64,000 bases of DNA from Gemmatales bacterium (lineage in GTDB: Bacteria > Planctomycetota > Planctomycetia > Gemmatales > HRBIN36), in the NCBI GenBank assembly GCA_041640595.1, contig JBEPZY010000001.1, positions 992,001 through 1,056,000 of the forward strand, read 5' to 3'. Position numbers and translations under genes: made by a program. This document shows positions 28,474-39,108 of the stretch, piece by piece. The notes beneath the pieces were generated by a model. It was given only the letters and a program-made list of their open reading frames with translations, did not search any database and was not told where the DNA came from. Numbering within the stretch: the first letter of the stretch is position 1; each line of letters begins with the position of its first letter.

Positions 28474-30254
28474 CCGAAAGTGCCTGGCCAAGGCGGAACG
28501 AGCGCTGGTTGGTCACCGAGTCGGGCCAGTGGCTGGCGTTCGAGCCAATGTGGCTTTTGAACTGGATGCACACCGCAGCGCACCAGGCTGGGGACTGGGA
28601 CCCATTTGCCGTTCAGGAACTGGCCGCCAGTGTTTGGAACCTGTTGCAGCAGGACTGGCCGCCACGAACACCGTTGACGGTAACAGAATTGCAGCAGCGT
28701 GTGGCCAACCTGGTTCGGGCTCTGGGCCGTCCACGCTGGGCCGAATCGTTGGGCCGGATGCCCGTGTCCGTAGGCAAACTCATCAAAACGCCCCCAGGGA
28801 CAACGGAACCGTGTGACTCTGCGGGCCGGGTCATCGTTGGCGAAGCGACGAGCGGTTACGATTGGCGCGACTGGCGACGATTGGCCGAAGCGAAATTAGC
28901 TGAAGAGATGCTCACGCACTTTCTGCCCGAGCCTATCGCCGAACTTCACCGCCAGGGCTGTCTTGTCTGGCATGGGATTGATCATCCTTGGGAGTTGTCC
29001 GCGGCACGAGTTCGCTGGCTACCGGGAGCGGAGCGAACCAGCGTGTTTTCGGAAACCGCTGTAGCGGTCTGCCGAAATCCACCAGGACCGGTCAGCGCAG
29101 CTTTTTCGCCGAATGATGCTGTCGGCTGGATGCTGGATACAAGGCCGGGCATTTTCGAGCATTTCGAGTCGCTGCGTTGCTGGGTGGGTCGGCAGGCGTG
29201 GATATTCGGGCCGGAATTTGAGTTAGCCCAGGCCAGAATCCGCATCGGCGAGATTCCCGTGTTGGTGCGGGAACTTATATTGTCGGCTCGCTATACCGGC
29301 TTGAAACTGGTGCTCTACTGCAACAGAACCGGCGAGGATATCCTTGGTCGGGAAGACCTGTCGTTATTCCGTGAGAAATCTGCCGGCGATTGGCAGCACC
29401 ACCTGGTGAGTGTGCGTACTGCACTGCTGGAAGCGCTCATTGCGTGGCTTGGCCGGGACGATCTGGAACTGGTCTGGGATATGGCGTCCCCTGGGGTCGG
29501 ATTAGAAGATTGGCGAGGATGGCGACAGTTTCTCCTCGCCATGAGTAGCGGCAAACTCAACTTAGCCTGGAACCACCGAAGCGCGAGCCAGACAATGCAG
29601 ACTGAACCAGGGGCTATTTTGACAGTTGTTGGCCTCCACGCCGCACGCCTGGCCGAGCAATATGAGATTGGCGAACCTGAATTGCTTGTCCGCCGCCTGA
29701 CGAGCTTGGCGCAGTTAGTGGCGTGGGGAATCCAGCAATGGCGCGAACGATTGCGCGATCGTTTGTGCCGACTTGGACCGCCCTTCCTGACCCAGTGTGC
29801 TCCTGCTGCGGTGTACATAACCGGGTTGGAACAACTCAGCGCGGCCTGGTTCACAACGGCGCTGGCTGGCTGGCAATGGATGCGGGATGTGCTTATTTGC
29901 GTGCGGAATACTTTGCGAGCTAACTCGCAGGACACCAGCGCTGGCAATCTGGTGGTGTCACCTTCGCGGTTCTGGACGGCGAGAAACACGGCAGTCGGCT
30001 CTGACACGCAAACATCGTCGGAAGATTTCTGGCGCGTTACCAGTGAGGAGGACCTGGCGCGACTGCGAGCCTGGTGGCGAATCTGTGCCCGTTGTTATGA
30101 TGCTGTGGAAGTAACCTGGCTGGTGCCAGCAGCGGCCCTGCGTTCTTTTCAGGATTTCCAGAGCGCACTGCGCCCGTGGCGACGCCTTCACGGTTTACGC
30201 CGCCTGCGTTTGTTACCGGATACGTCGGAACAAAGCGAATTGTTTTCGACATGA
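28470..30254 (+). CDS. Hypothetical protein, degenerate ATP-cone/NrdD (class III RNR)-like
   Basis: 594-aa ORF overlapping the nrdR stop (ATGA); LPEPIAELHRQG, VVGLHAARLA and YITGLEQ resemble NrdD segments. Confidence 0.6.
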   Translation: MTESAWPRRNERWLVTESGQWLAFEPMWLLNWMHTAAHQAGDWDPFAVQELAASVWNLLQQDWPPRTPLTVTELQQRVANLVRALGRPRWAESLGRMPVSVGKLIKTPPGTTEPCDSAGRVIVGEATSGYDWRDWRRLAEAKLAEEMLTHFLPEPIAELHRQGCLVWHGIDHPWELSAARVRWLPGAERTSVFSETAVAVCRNPPGPVSAAFSPNDAVGWMLDTRPGIFEHFESLRCWVGRQAWIFGPEFELAQARIRIGEIPVLVRELILSARYTGLKLVLYCNRTGEDILGREDLSLFREKSAGDWQHHLVSVRTALLEALIAWLGRDDLELVWDMASPGVGLEDWRGWRQFLLAMSSGKLNLAWNHRSASQTMQTEPGAILTVVGLHAARLAEQYEIGEPELLVRRLTSLAQLVAWGIQQWRERLRDRLCRLGPPFLTQCAPAAVYITGLEQLSAAWFTTALAGWQWMRDVLICVRNTLRANSQDTSAGNLVVSPSRFWTARNTAVGSDTQTSSEDFWRVTSEEDLARLRAWWRICARCYDAVEVTWLVPAAALRSFQDFQSALRPWRRLHGLRRLRLLPDTSEQSELFST

Positions 30255-30385
30255 ACAGGTTTCGGTCTGGCGTGCAACGACGCCCCGACAATGTTTGCCA
30301 CCTGCGTTCCGTGTGCCCTGGAGAGCAAGCAAACACGCTGGCATGAATAGTTTCGTGGAACGGCTGCGAATACAATTACCATGCT

Positions 30386-30952
30386 ATGAGCACTCTGACT
30401 GACACGCGAAGCTCGCTGCAATGGACTTGCGAACTGCCAGATGAGAATGCGACCTGTGCGTTCGCCCGGCACCTGGCGGATCTGCTGTTTCCTGGTGCGG
30501 TAATCGGATTGATCGGCGAACTGGGTTCCGGCAAGACGTTTCTGGTGCGTGCCCTGGCTTCCGCTCTGGGCACCCCGGACAGCCGATTCGTCAACAGCCC
30601 GACCTTTGTGCTTATTCAGGAATACGAAGGTCGGTGGCCTATTTACCATTTCGACACCTATCGGCTCAAACACCTCCGGGATTTTGTGGACCTGGGAGTG
30701 CATGAATATTTCCGCGGAGAGGGCGTGTGTCTGATCGAATGGGCAGACCGTGTGCAGGCGGTGCTGCCTGAAGAGCGGCTGGAAATCCGGATAGAAATTA
30801 CCGGCCCGCACAGTCGCCGACTCACCCTGACTGCTTTCGGCGAACGCTATGTCCAGCTGGTAAAAGGACTGCAACAAACCTGGGCCAGCTTCACGGAGCA
30901 AAAACACACCTCGTCCGCCGAACAAGCCGCAGCGGAACAGGTTTTTGAGTGA
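30386..30952 (+). CDS. tsaE: tRNA threonylcarbamoyladenosine biosynthesis ATPase
   Basis: GELGSGKT, SPTF, YHFDTYRL and LIEWA motifs. Confidence 0.96.
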   Translation: MSTLTDTRSSLQWTCELPDENATCAFARHLADLLFPGAVIGLIGELGSGKTFLVRALASALGTPDSRFVNSPTFVLIQEYEGRWPIYHFDTYRLKHLRDFVDLGVHEYFRGEGVCLIEWADRVQAVLPEERLEIRIEITGPHSRRLTLTAFGERYVQLVKGLQQTWASFTEQKHTSSAEQAAAEQVFE

Positions 30953-30989
30953 ACTTTTGCTCTCCAGCTAACGTAGGTACGAGTGGCCA

Positions 30990-31658
30990 GTGTCTGCTTG
31001 GCAGGATTGGCAGCAGCGTAGCGACGAAGAGCTGATGGCCCGACTGCAAAAGGGTCAGAAGGAAGCTCTTGGCGAATTGGTACATCGCTACGAAAAGGAA
31101 CTTTATGGCTACTTGCGGCGTCTTGTCGGCGATCCGACACTGGCCGAGGACATTTTTCAGAGCACTTTCCTGCAACTTTATCAGAAAGCCGATCAGTACG
31201 AACCCGGGCGAGCGGTGCGGCCGTGGTTATATACGCTGGCGACCAACCTGGCCATAGATGCCATGCGCCGTGCGGGTCGCCGGCAGGCCGTCAGCCTGGA
31301 TCGCTTGCACGAACAAGGCGAGGAGCAAAACGCCGGCTCTTTATTGCAACTGCTCGCCGCTCAGGATAAGGAACCTTTCCAGAATCTCGAAGCCAAGGAG
31401 CGGGCCGAACTGGTACAACGTGCCCTTTTGGAATTGCCCGAACCCATGCGGGCGGTCGTCTTGCTCGCCTATTATCGTGGACTGAAGTACAACGAGATCG
31501 CCGAGATTCTGGGCATTCCACTGGGCACGGTCAAATCGCGGCTGCACATGGCCCTGCGGCGTCTTTACGAATTGCTTCGCCAAAAGCTGGAACCGGAATC
31601 CATGCAAGATAAAAGTTCGGAAACAGCCTCGCACCAGGAACGCGGACACCATGACTGA
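30990..31658 (+). CDS. ECF RNA polymerase sigma factor
   Basis: AEDIFQSTF, WLYTLATN and LKYNEIAEILGIPLGTVKSRLH motifs. Confidence 0.95.
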   Translation: MSAWQDWQQRSDEELMARLQKGQKEALGELVHRYEKELYGYLRRLVGDPTLAEDIFQSTFLQLYQKADQYEPGRAVRPWLYTLATNLAIDAMRRAGRRQAVSLDRLHEQGEEQNAGSLLQLLAAQDKEPFQNLEAKERAELVQRALLELPEPMRAVVLLAYYRGLKYNEIAEILGIPLGTVKSRLHMALRRLYELLRQKLEPESMQDKSSETASHQERGHHD

Positions 31659-32730
31659 GCCGGAACTGATTGGTTATGTGCTGAACTTGCTGGACACTTC
31701 GGAACGCGCTGCCGTGGAAACCTGGCTGGCCCAGTCAGCGGAAGGGCAGCGGCAACTGCGGCAGCTACAGGCGTGGCTCGAGGCATTGGCACTGGATGAT
31801 GAAACTGACCCGCCTGCCGATCTGACCTACCGCACGCTTCGCCGCATTGTCGCGTTTGAAGTGTCCCGGCGACGGCAGCAAACATCAGCCACTGCATCGG
31901 CTGTTCCCAGTAGCGCACTGAACCCATCGGCAACTGGCCGCCGGACACGTCGTGCAGATGTTTTCGTTCTGCTTGCCCTGACGGCCTTGCTCGGAGCATT
32001 ACTCCCCCCGGCGGTGTTGCAGGCCAGGCACCGGCAGCAAATACTTGCGTGCGAAAACAACCTCCGTTTGATGCATGCCACGCTCAAGTGTTACGCCGAT
32101 CACCACGGCGGTCAATTACCGCGCATTCCTGAGCGCGGGCCACTGGCTTTTGCCGGGGTCTTTGTCGTGCTGCTCCGCGAAGCACAAACCTGGGACGACC
32201 GTATTACGATGGTTTGTCCGGCCAACCGCCACAAGCTACGCAACCAATCCGGCTTGGGAATTGGTTCCGACTGCTACTACGACCTGGATAAGATTGACTC
32301 AATGACTCTGCGGCGATGGGTCGAATCGGACCTACAAAATCACCGCGAGCTATACCGGAAGGTGTGTCAGCAATTAGGCGGCTGTTACGCATACCATCTC
32401 GGTTATCGAGACGCAAGTGGCCGACTGCACGGTCTGCGATTGGACGATGAGGGCTATGTTCCGGTACTGGCGGATCGGCCTCCGCGTTGCGAAGAGGAGC
32501 CGCTTCACTGGCAAAAACTCAACAGCCCCAACCACAGCAAGCTGGGCCAGAACGTTTTGTTCCTCAGCGGGCACGTGCGATTTCAACGGTGCCGGCGTTG
32601 CAACGGTGTTGACGAAGACATTTATTTGAACCGTCGCAAGGAAGTGGCTGCCGGTTGCGATCCCCGCGACGCTGTTCTCGGTCCCAGCGAAGCATCTCCG
32701 TGCGGCGTACTCTTGGCCGACAACCGTTAA
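31651..32730 (+). CDS. Putative anti-sigma factor fused to a DUF1559/H-X9-DG-like domain
   Basis: Overlaps the sigma gene; LIGYVLNLLD..ER..VE..L anti-sigma-like N-terminus; TM; PAV.QAR...CENNLR; SPNHSKLGQNVLFLSGHV. Confidence 0.75.
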   Translation: MTEPELIGYVLNLLDTSERAAVETWLAQSAEGQRQLRQLQAWLEALALDDETDPPADLTYRTLRRIVAFEVSRRRQQTSATASAVPSSALNPSATGRRTRRADVFVLLALTALLGALLPPAVLQARHRQQILACENNLRLMHATLKCYADHHGGQLPRIPERGPLAFAGVFVVLLREAQTWDDRITMVCPANRHKLRNQSGLGIGSDCYYDLDKIDSMTLRRWVESDLQNHRELYRKVCQQLGGCYAYHLGYRDASGRLHGLRLDDEGYVPVLADRPPRCEEEPLHWQKLNSPNHSKLGQNVLFLSGHVRFQRCRRCNGVDEDIYLNRRKEVAAGCDPRDAVLGPSEASPCGVLLADNR

Positions 32731-32865
32731 GTTGCGGTGAAATGACGCTTCGCCATGCAAGGCGATGCTTGTCCGTTGCTACGAGCGCTTCTTTTGCCGG
32801 CTCAGTTTTGGCGAATGGTAACGGTTTTTATGGGTGAAACTGGAAGATTATGGCGTAATGGCGTA

Positions 32866-33798
32866 CTATGACGTTCCTGTTAGCATGAGCGGTTCGCCAG
32901 TCCGCGTGCGTAACTTCGGTCCCGTCCACCAGCCTACCAGAAGCGTGATCGCCAGCATGATCGCCAGCACTGCCGGTTCGGTGAGCATGTTATCCTGCAG
33001 GAGCATCTCGTAGCCATCGTAAGCCGAGAGCAACACCTCGCGGCTCTGGTAAAGTAGAATAGCGAGCCAGTTGTGCACGCTCCGTTCATTGGCTGCAACA
33101 ACCTGGGCCTGGTTGTAGTTTTTCTCCAGCCACTTCTCCAGTGCAAAGCGGCCGTGGTGAGTGATCGGCCGACCTTCTTCATCGTGGACAGTGTAACGCA
33201 GGTGCTGATAGTCCACAGGCAGACTCCGCAAAACAAAAAAGCCAATCGGAAGCAAAATGGTTAGCCAAACACATAGCCGGAACAACCATCCACGCCCCGT
33301 TTTGATCCGCATCGGTAAGTTAATCCGTTGAGATGGACCATCGCCGCTCTGAATGTTGACATGGCCATCAGGCAATCGGCCCAGAGCCAATGGCAGAACC
33401 CAAAAGCGAGCTGCGGTTTCCTGCTCACGCAAGACCCGCTTCTCCGGCCATACGATTGCTCCGGGCAGCACCGGCCGCACTTCCACCGTCGAACCGGACG
33501 GCAGTGCCGTCTTCGCACCTTGGCTACCGTCCTTCACACGGACCACTAGCGGATAGACCCTTTGAGCAAATGCCTTGCGATAGTACAACACCTGGGGAAT
33601 CACAGACGTTCCCGCCACTGCTCTTGGCCCGCTCAGGGACGGTGCAGGTTTCGGTTCCGAGGCAATACGAATAGGAGGGCCGCCTTCACTACCAGCAGGC
33701 GGACCGGAAACTGCACGACCTCGCTCGGGAGGTGATGCCGGCTTGTTTTCGGGCAATTGCGATTTAATCCACTCGGGCGTTCCGGTGGGGTTGGACAT
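32866..33798 (-). CDS. Hypothetical membrane protein
   Basis: AGGAG SD before ATG 33798, Pro-rich N-terminus, two TM helices. Confidence 0.7.
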   Translation of the reverse strand: MSNPTGTPEWIKSQLPENKPASPPERGRAVSGPPAGSEGGPPIRIASEPKPAPSLSGPRAVAGTSVIPQVLYYRKAFAQRVYPLVVRVKDGSQGAKTALPSGSTVEVRPVLPGAIVWPEKRVLREQETAARFWVLPLALGRLPDGHVNIQSGDGPSQRINLPMRIKTGRGWLFRLCVWLTILLPIGFFVLRSLPVDYQHLRYTVHDEEGRPITHHGRFALEKWLEKNYNQAQVVAANERSVHNWLAILLYQSREVLLSAYDGYEMLLQDNMLTEPAVLAIMLAITLLVGWWTGPKLRTRTGEPLMLTGTS

Positions 33799-34122
33799 GG
33801 GTTTAGCTCCTGGTTTGGGTTCCAATAGGATTACGCCAGACGTTTTTGTTCTGTGACACCCGCTCCTGGTTCTTTCGCGCGATGGCTTCCAACACGCTGA
33901 GCACCAACCATTCCCTGGCAGCAGATTCTCCTGTGAAATATCAGGCCTGGGCAAAACCCGCAGAATCACCCTGTGGTGATAGTATAACACGGCCGGTGAT
34001 TTGCAAGAGCGCGTCCGCTCGCATCCTCTCTCGCGCTGCGCGGCGTGGTCATAATAGAGCATGGCTCTGGATTTGCAAAAACCGCACCCGCTCGCATCTA
34101 ATCTCTCGCTGCCGTAACGATA

Positions 34123-34617
34123 CTACAGCCTAGCAGGCGATTTGCAAGTAGCCAGTTGTTCCGGTATCCACTCGAGGACTTTGTACCCGGTCGGCTGGAA
34201 ACCCAGTCGGCGATAAACCTCCTGAGCCACGCGATTGCCGGACTCCACATACAATCGCAGGCCGATCACTTGGCGGTTACCAGTACGGGCAAGCTCCAGG
34301 ACATGATCCACCAGCCGGCGTAAAACGCCCCGCTGCCTGTGATCCGGATGGACATAGACGCTTTGTAACCACCAGAACCAACCGTTACGCCAATCACTCC
34401 ATTCGTAGGTAATAAGCAGTTGACCGACAACTTGGCCGTTGTGCTCCGCGACAAAATAGATGCCTTTGTCGGGATCAGCAAGTAGAGCCGCCACTCCGAC
34501 GCGAAGAACAGTCTCATCGAGCTTGCGGCCTTCCGACTCCCAAGCCAGTTCCCGGTTGAAAAGCACGATGGTATCGAGGTCGGAAATACTCGCCTGCCTT
34601 ACAAAGTAATCGCTCAT
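34123..34617 (-). CDS. GNAT family N-acetyltransferase
   Basis: QSVYVHPDHRQRG motif A, LRLYVESGN, YRRLGF. Confidence 0.93.
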   Translation of the reverse strand: MSDYFVRQASISDLDTIVLFNRELAWESEGRKLDETVLRVGVAALLADPDKGIYFVAEHNGQVVGQLLITYEWSDWRNGWFWWLQSVYVHPDHRQRGVLRRLVDHVLELARTGNRQVIGLRLYVESGNRVAQEVYRRLGFQPTGYKVLEWIPEQLATCKSPARL

Positions 34618-34794
34618 GATTAGCCTTACCTCAGATTCAGTTGTTCGGATTATGCCATCAGTGCTAGCAATTCTGCCTGCTTAGCGAGCAGCATGCCAGA
34701 CTGACTCGCACCTGCTGATTCCATTTCTCGATCGTAAGTCATCACGTGGTCTTAGCTTATGACAGAAAAAACAAACGGATTAATCGAGCCTCAT

Positions 34795-34810
34795 TGGCAT
34801 AAGCGTTGCT
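34795..34810 (+). promoter_or_regulatory. Sigma54 (-24/-12) promoter of glnA
   Basis: TGGCAT-AAGCG-TTGCT with exact GG-N10-GC spacing, about 90 bp upstream of glnA. Confidence 0.8.
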
Positions 34811-34901
34811 AAAATTTGCTTATCCTTCCCAAATGGATGAGCGGGTGGCCTTTGGGAAGGGCTTTAGCTATTTAAGAGAAACCCGTGAGGAGGTAACATC
34901 T

Positions 34902-36314
34902 GTGAAACCGAAAGAAGTGCTGGCTCTGATCAAGGAAAAGCAAATCCAGGCCGTGGATTTGCGATTCATGGACTTCCCGGGAATGTGGCAACATTTCACC
35001 ATCCCGGCGGATGCTCTGGACGAGGCGGTCTTTGAGGAAGGAGTTGGCTTTGACGGATCTTCGATTCGCGGTTGGCAGGCCATCAATGAATCCGACATGC
35101 TGGTTATTCCGCAACCGGAGACCGCCTTCATTGACCCGTTTACCAAAGTTCCCACGCTTACCATGATTTGCAACATTCAAGACCCGTTGACCCGGGAGGA
35201 CTACACGCGCGACCCTCGTAATATTGCCCGCAAAGCCGTCAATTACATGAAGTCCACCGGCATTGCCGATGTCGCTTATTTCGGTCCCGAACTTGAGTTC
35301 TTCATTTTCGACGACATTCGCTACGACCAGACCCAGAACTGCGGCTACTATTACATAGATTCCATCGAAGGGGCCTGGAACACGGGCCGCGATGAGAAAC
35401 CGAACCTCGGTTACAAACTGCGTTACAAAGAAGGCTACTTCCCCGTTCCGCCGTCCGATCATCTCCAGGACATTCGTACTGAGATGATGCTGACGCTCAT
35501 CCAATGCGGCGTGCCCATCGAAGCGCAGCATCACGAGGTGGCCACCGGTGGTCAGGGCGAAATTGACATGAAGTACGCCCCACTTGTTGAGATGGCGGAC
35601 AACGTGCTCAAGTACAAGTACATTGTCAAGAACGTGGCACGCAAGTATGGCAAGACGGCCACGTTTATGCCCAAGCCGATCTTTGGCGACAATGGTTCCG
35701 GCATGCACGTGCACACCAGCCTGTGGAAAAACGGTGTGAATTTGTTTGCCGGTTCTGGTTATGCCGGGTTGAGCGACATTGGTCTATATGCCATCGGTGG
35801 ATTGCTCAAACATGCCCCTGCCCTGTGCGCGTTCACCAACCCAACCACCAACAGCTACAAGCGACTGGTTCCCGGCTATGAGGCGCCTGTCAATCTCGCC
35901 TATAGCCGACGCAACCGCTCCGCGGCAATACGTATCCCCGTCTATAGCCCCAGCCCCAAGGCCAAGCGTCTGGAGTTCCGTTGTCCGGACGGCAGCTCCA
36001 ATCCCTACCTCACTTTCGCTGCCATGCTCATGGCCATGCTCGACGGCATCCAGAACAAAATCCATCCGGGCGAGCCACTCGATAAGGACATTTACGACCT
36101 CGAACCGGAAGAACTGGCAAAAGTCCCCAAGACGCCGGGTTCCCTGGAAGAAGCCCTGAAGGCGCTGCGGGCCGACCATGAATTCCTGCTACGCGGCGAT
36201 GTGTTTACTCCCGATGTGATTGACACCTGGATCTGGTACAAGACCGAACGGGAGGCGGATGCTGTCCGACTTCGGCCACATCCGTACGAATTCGTGCTCT
36301 ATTTTGATATCTAG
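34902..36314 (+). CDS. glnA: Glutamine synthetase type I
   Basis: [27 protein letters not shown] and [12 protein letters not shown] motifs; GAGGAGG SD with GTG start. Confidence 0.98.
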   Translation: MKPKEVLALIKEKQIQAVDLRFMDFPGMWQHFTIPADALDEAVFEEGVGFDGSSIRGWQAINESDMLVIPQPETAFIDPFTKVPTLTMICNIQDPLTREDYTRDPRNIARKAVNYMKSTGIADVAYFGPELEFFIFDDIRYDQTQNCGYYYIDSIEGAWNTGRDEKPNLGYKLRYKEGYFPVPPSDHLQDIRTEMMLTLIQCGVPIEAQHHEVATGGQGEIDMKYAPLVEMADNVLKYKYIVKNVARKYGKTATFMPKPIFGDNGSGMHVHTSLWKNGVNLFAGSGYAGLSDIGLYAIGGLLKHAPALCAFTNPTTNSYKRLVPGYEAPVNLAYSRRNRSAAIRIPVYSPSPKAKRLEFRCPDGSSNPYLTFAAMLMAMLDGIQNKIHPGEPLDKDIYDLEPEELAKVPKTPGSLEEALKALRADHEFLLRGDVFTPDVIDTWIWYKTEREADAVRLRPHPYEFVLYFDI

Positions 36315-36451
36315 AGCGACTCACCATACCCGTCCCGACGGCCTTCCCGGCTCGTGGCTGTGAGTCACCCAAAAGCACGGCCGTAGCTAAAACGGGCTGG
36401 AAACGGCCCTGGCTTTCTGACCGGGCAAAGCAACGGACAAACCCGGCATTC

Positions 36452-36486
36452 GGGGCACGAGCGGATTCGTGCCCCTGATTTTTTTT
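36452..36486 (+). terminator. Rho-independent terminator after glnA
   Basis: GGGGCACGA/TCGTGCCCC stem followed by TGA and a T tract. Confidence 0.8.
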
Positions 36487-36586
36487 AGTGCCCAAATTTT
36501 TCCGAAACCGCAGCTTACAAACCCCCGCTCAAATTCGGTGTGCGCAATTTTAATGCCCGGCGAACAGCATTACGTTTCCGGCACGG

Positions 36587-37231
36587 CTAATTTCGATCCG
36601 GCTCCGGCTGGGTGAAATCTACTACGACCCGTGAGCCAGCTTGAACGGTGACATGTCTCTTCTTGCGGACAGTCTCCTCCCCTTGCTTCCACGTCGCCGT
36701 TATGGTGTACGTGTACAACTTGCCCGGCTGTAATTCCGGCGACTCCAATACCCGGCGAGGTCCGCCAGTACGCACCGGATAATCTTCCACCATTACCTCA
36801 GCGTCGGCAACAGGCAGAATGATCGTAATTTCTGCGGTATTGCGGGATGTGGCAATACGTGGTGCCGTTAGCTCACCGTTTGGACTGGCTGATGGGTAAG
36901 CCCGCGGAACGACATGATACTCAGCAGTACTAGGCGGGGCAATCGGCACCACCGGGTAAACGTAACGCGGATAGACGTAGGGATAATATCCGTAATACGG
37001 TTCGCCCCAATAGGGGTCGTAACGTGGGCCGACGTAAACTCCGACACGATACGGAACGTAGCCATACGGATAAGTCGAATACTCCCACCAGTAGCGGCGG
37101 TAAGCGGGGCCGTAATATACACCAACGCCTCCGGTGCGGACGCCAACTATCACCTGTTGAGCAGAAGCAACCTCCACGCTGGCCAAAGCTAACACGGTTA
37201 CAAGCAGGATTGCCTGCAAAATCGGACGCAT
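36587..37231 (-). CDS. TIGR03000 domain-containing planctomycete protein
   Basis: Signal peptide, Tyr/Gly/Pro-rich region, then LPVADAEV..SPELQPGKLYTYTITATW..VQAGSRVVVDF. Confidence 0.88.
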   Translation of the reverse strand: MRPILQAILLVTVLALASVEVASAQQVIVGVRTGGVGVYYGPAYRRYWWEYSTYPYGYVPYRVGVYVGPRYDPYWGEPYYGYYPYVYPRYVYPVVPIAPPSTAEYHVVPRAYPSASPNGELTAPRIATSRNTAEITIILPVADAEVMVEDYPVRTGGPRRVLESPELQPGKLYTYTITATWKQGEETVRKKRHVTVQAGSRVVVDFTQPEPDRN

Positions 37232-37412
37232 GGCGGACTCCTTCGTAAAAGGGTTGGGCAGCGAGATTCCAGTTTCTATTGTAACGCATGACAGGCACGT
37301 GTGGGGTGAGCCAATAATCCGGGCGACAGGATTTTTTGACGGTAGAAGATGCGGTTTTCTTTCCATACAGTGGTGAGCGATAATCCAGGCGACACAATTT
37401 CGGAGAAACATC

Positions 37413-38558
37413 GTGGCTACGGCAGCGGTAATCGGTACGGGATTCATTGGGCCGGTACACGTTGAAGCCCTGCGGCGATTAGGTGTGCGTGTGCGAGGCA
37501 TTCTCGGTTCCACTTCCGAGAAGAGCCAGGCCGCCGCTGAGCGCTTGCGGCTGGAAAAAGCCTACGCCTCGCTCGACGAACTCCTCGCCGACCCCGAGGT
37601 TGACGTGGTGCATATCACCTCACCGAATCGGTTCCACTATGAACAGGCACGTCGGGCCCTGGAAGCCGGCAAACACGTCGTCTGTGAAAAACCGCTGGCG
37701 ATGAATGTTCAGGAAAGCTCCGAATTAGTGCGTCTGGCAAAAGCGAGTGATCGAATATGTGCCGTGTGCTACAACATCCGCTTCTACCCTCTTTGCCTGG
37801 AGGCGCGGGCACGGATCGTCAGTGGTCAACTGGGGCGAATTTTTCACGTTACAGGATCGTACCAGCAGGACTGGTTGCTTTATCCGACCGATTACAACTG
37901 GCGAGTGCTGGCCAGCGAAGGTGGAGCAGTACGAGCCATCGGCGACATTGGCACCCACTGGTTCGATCTGCTGACTTTTATCCTGGGTCAGCCAATCGTT
38001 GCGGTTTGCGCAGAGTTGCGAACGATCTGGCCCAAACGCTATAAGCCGACCGGTTCCACGGAAACGTTTCAGACCAAAATCCAGACCGCCCAAAGCGCAA
38101 ACGAGGTGCCCATCGACACCGAAGATTACGGGGCGGTACTGATCAGGTTTGCCGACGGTACGCCCGGCGTGCTCATCGTTTCGCAGGTAACCGCCGGTGC
38201 AAAAAACCGCCTGCGTTGGGAAATTGCCGGCCAGCGGATGGCACTGGCCTGGGACAGCGAACGTCCCAACGAGATGTGGCTCGGTTACCGCGACCAACCG
38301 AATCAACTGCTGCTGCGTGATCCCAGCTTACTGTCTCCGCCAGCACGCATCTGTGCCGACTATCCCGGCGGGCACAACGAGGGCTTTCCCGACACCTTCA
38401 AGCAACTGTTTCGGGCGATTTATGAAGCCATCGAGACCGGTCGCTATCGGGACAACCTGATCCCGACTTTCGCAGATGGCCATCGGGAAATTCTCCTGTG
38501 TGAGGCCATTCTGCAAAGCCACCAGCAACGTCGCTGGGTCGAAGTCCCCGCGGAGTAA
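37413..38558 (+). CDS. Gfo/Idh/MocA family oxidoreductase
   Basis: [18 protein letters not shown] and DIGTHW motifs. Confidence 0.93.
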   Translation: MATAAVIGTGFIGPVHVEALRRLGVRVRGILGSTSEKSQAAAERLRLEKAYASLDELLADPEVDVVHITSPNRFHYEQARRALEAGKHVVCEKPLAMNVQESSELVRLAKASDRICAVCYNIRFYPLCLEARARIVSGQLGRIFHVTGSYQQDWLLYPTDYNWRVLASEGGAVRAIGDIGTHWFDLLTFILGQPIVAVCAELRTIWPKRYKPTGSTETFQTKIQTAQSANEVPIDTEDYGAVLIRFADGTPGVLIVSQVTAGAKNRLRWEIAGQRMALAWDSERPNEMWLGYRDQPNQLLLRDPSLLSPPARICADYPGGHNEGFPDTFKQLFRAIYEAIETGRYRDNLIPTFADGHREILLCEAILQSHQQRRWVEVPAE

Positions 38559-38559
38559 T

Positions 38560-38889
38560 TTATTCGGCCGGCTCAATAATTGCCGACATCGAGCCTTTGG
38601 AACGTGGCAACAACGGGTCCGGGCCAAAGGCGTGAATCTGGTCGCGTTTGAGTTCGGCATGTTCCTTGGTCGTGGTAAGCACGATAGCCCGCCCCTTGGT
38701 ATGCACTTCCAGGGCGATCTGATACCCCTTCTCCCGCGGATAGCCAAACAGGGTCTGCATCATGTGGATCACGTAGTCGAAGGTATGGTCGTCGTCGTTT
38801 AGCAAAATGACATGGTAAGGCGGCTGCTGCTTGACCTTGTCTTTTTCCTTAGTCTTCTTTTCCGGAATGGTCAGCGTCTCCGCAGCCAT
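38560..38889 (-). CDS. clpS: ATP-dependent Clp protease adaptor ClpS
   Basis: PPYHVILLNDDDHTFDYV, EVHTKGRA. Confidence 0.92.
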   Translation of the reverse strand: MAAETLTIPEKKTKEKDKVKQQPPYHVILLNDDDHTFDYVIHMMQTLFGYPREKGYQIALEVHTKGRAIVLTTTKEHAELKRDQIHAFGPDPLLPRSKGSMSAIIEPAE

Positions 38890-39108
38890 AACCACTCCCT
38901 CCACACTGCTGCTGAGCATTTCCGCGGACGCAAGCCTGGCTGAATGTGCTTACCTTCAGCCGTCCCCAATGAGGATTGTATCGGTTTACCCACGTCGGGG
39001 AATTTCGAGAGCCGCACAACCTGCGGGTCTCCTAGACCATCTTAATCAACGTTTTCCCCAAAGCAAGCGTTCCGCCCAAGGAGCAGAGAGGCGACAAAGG
39101 CGGCCTTG

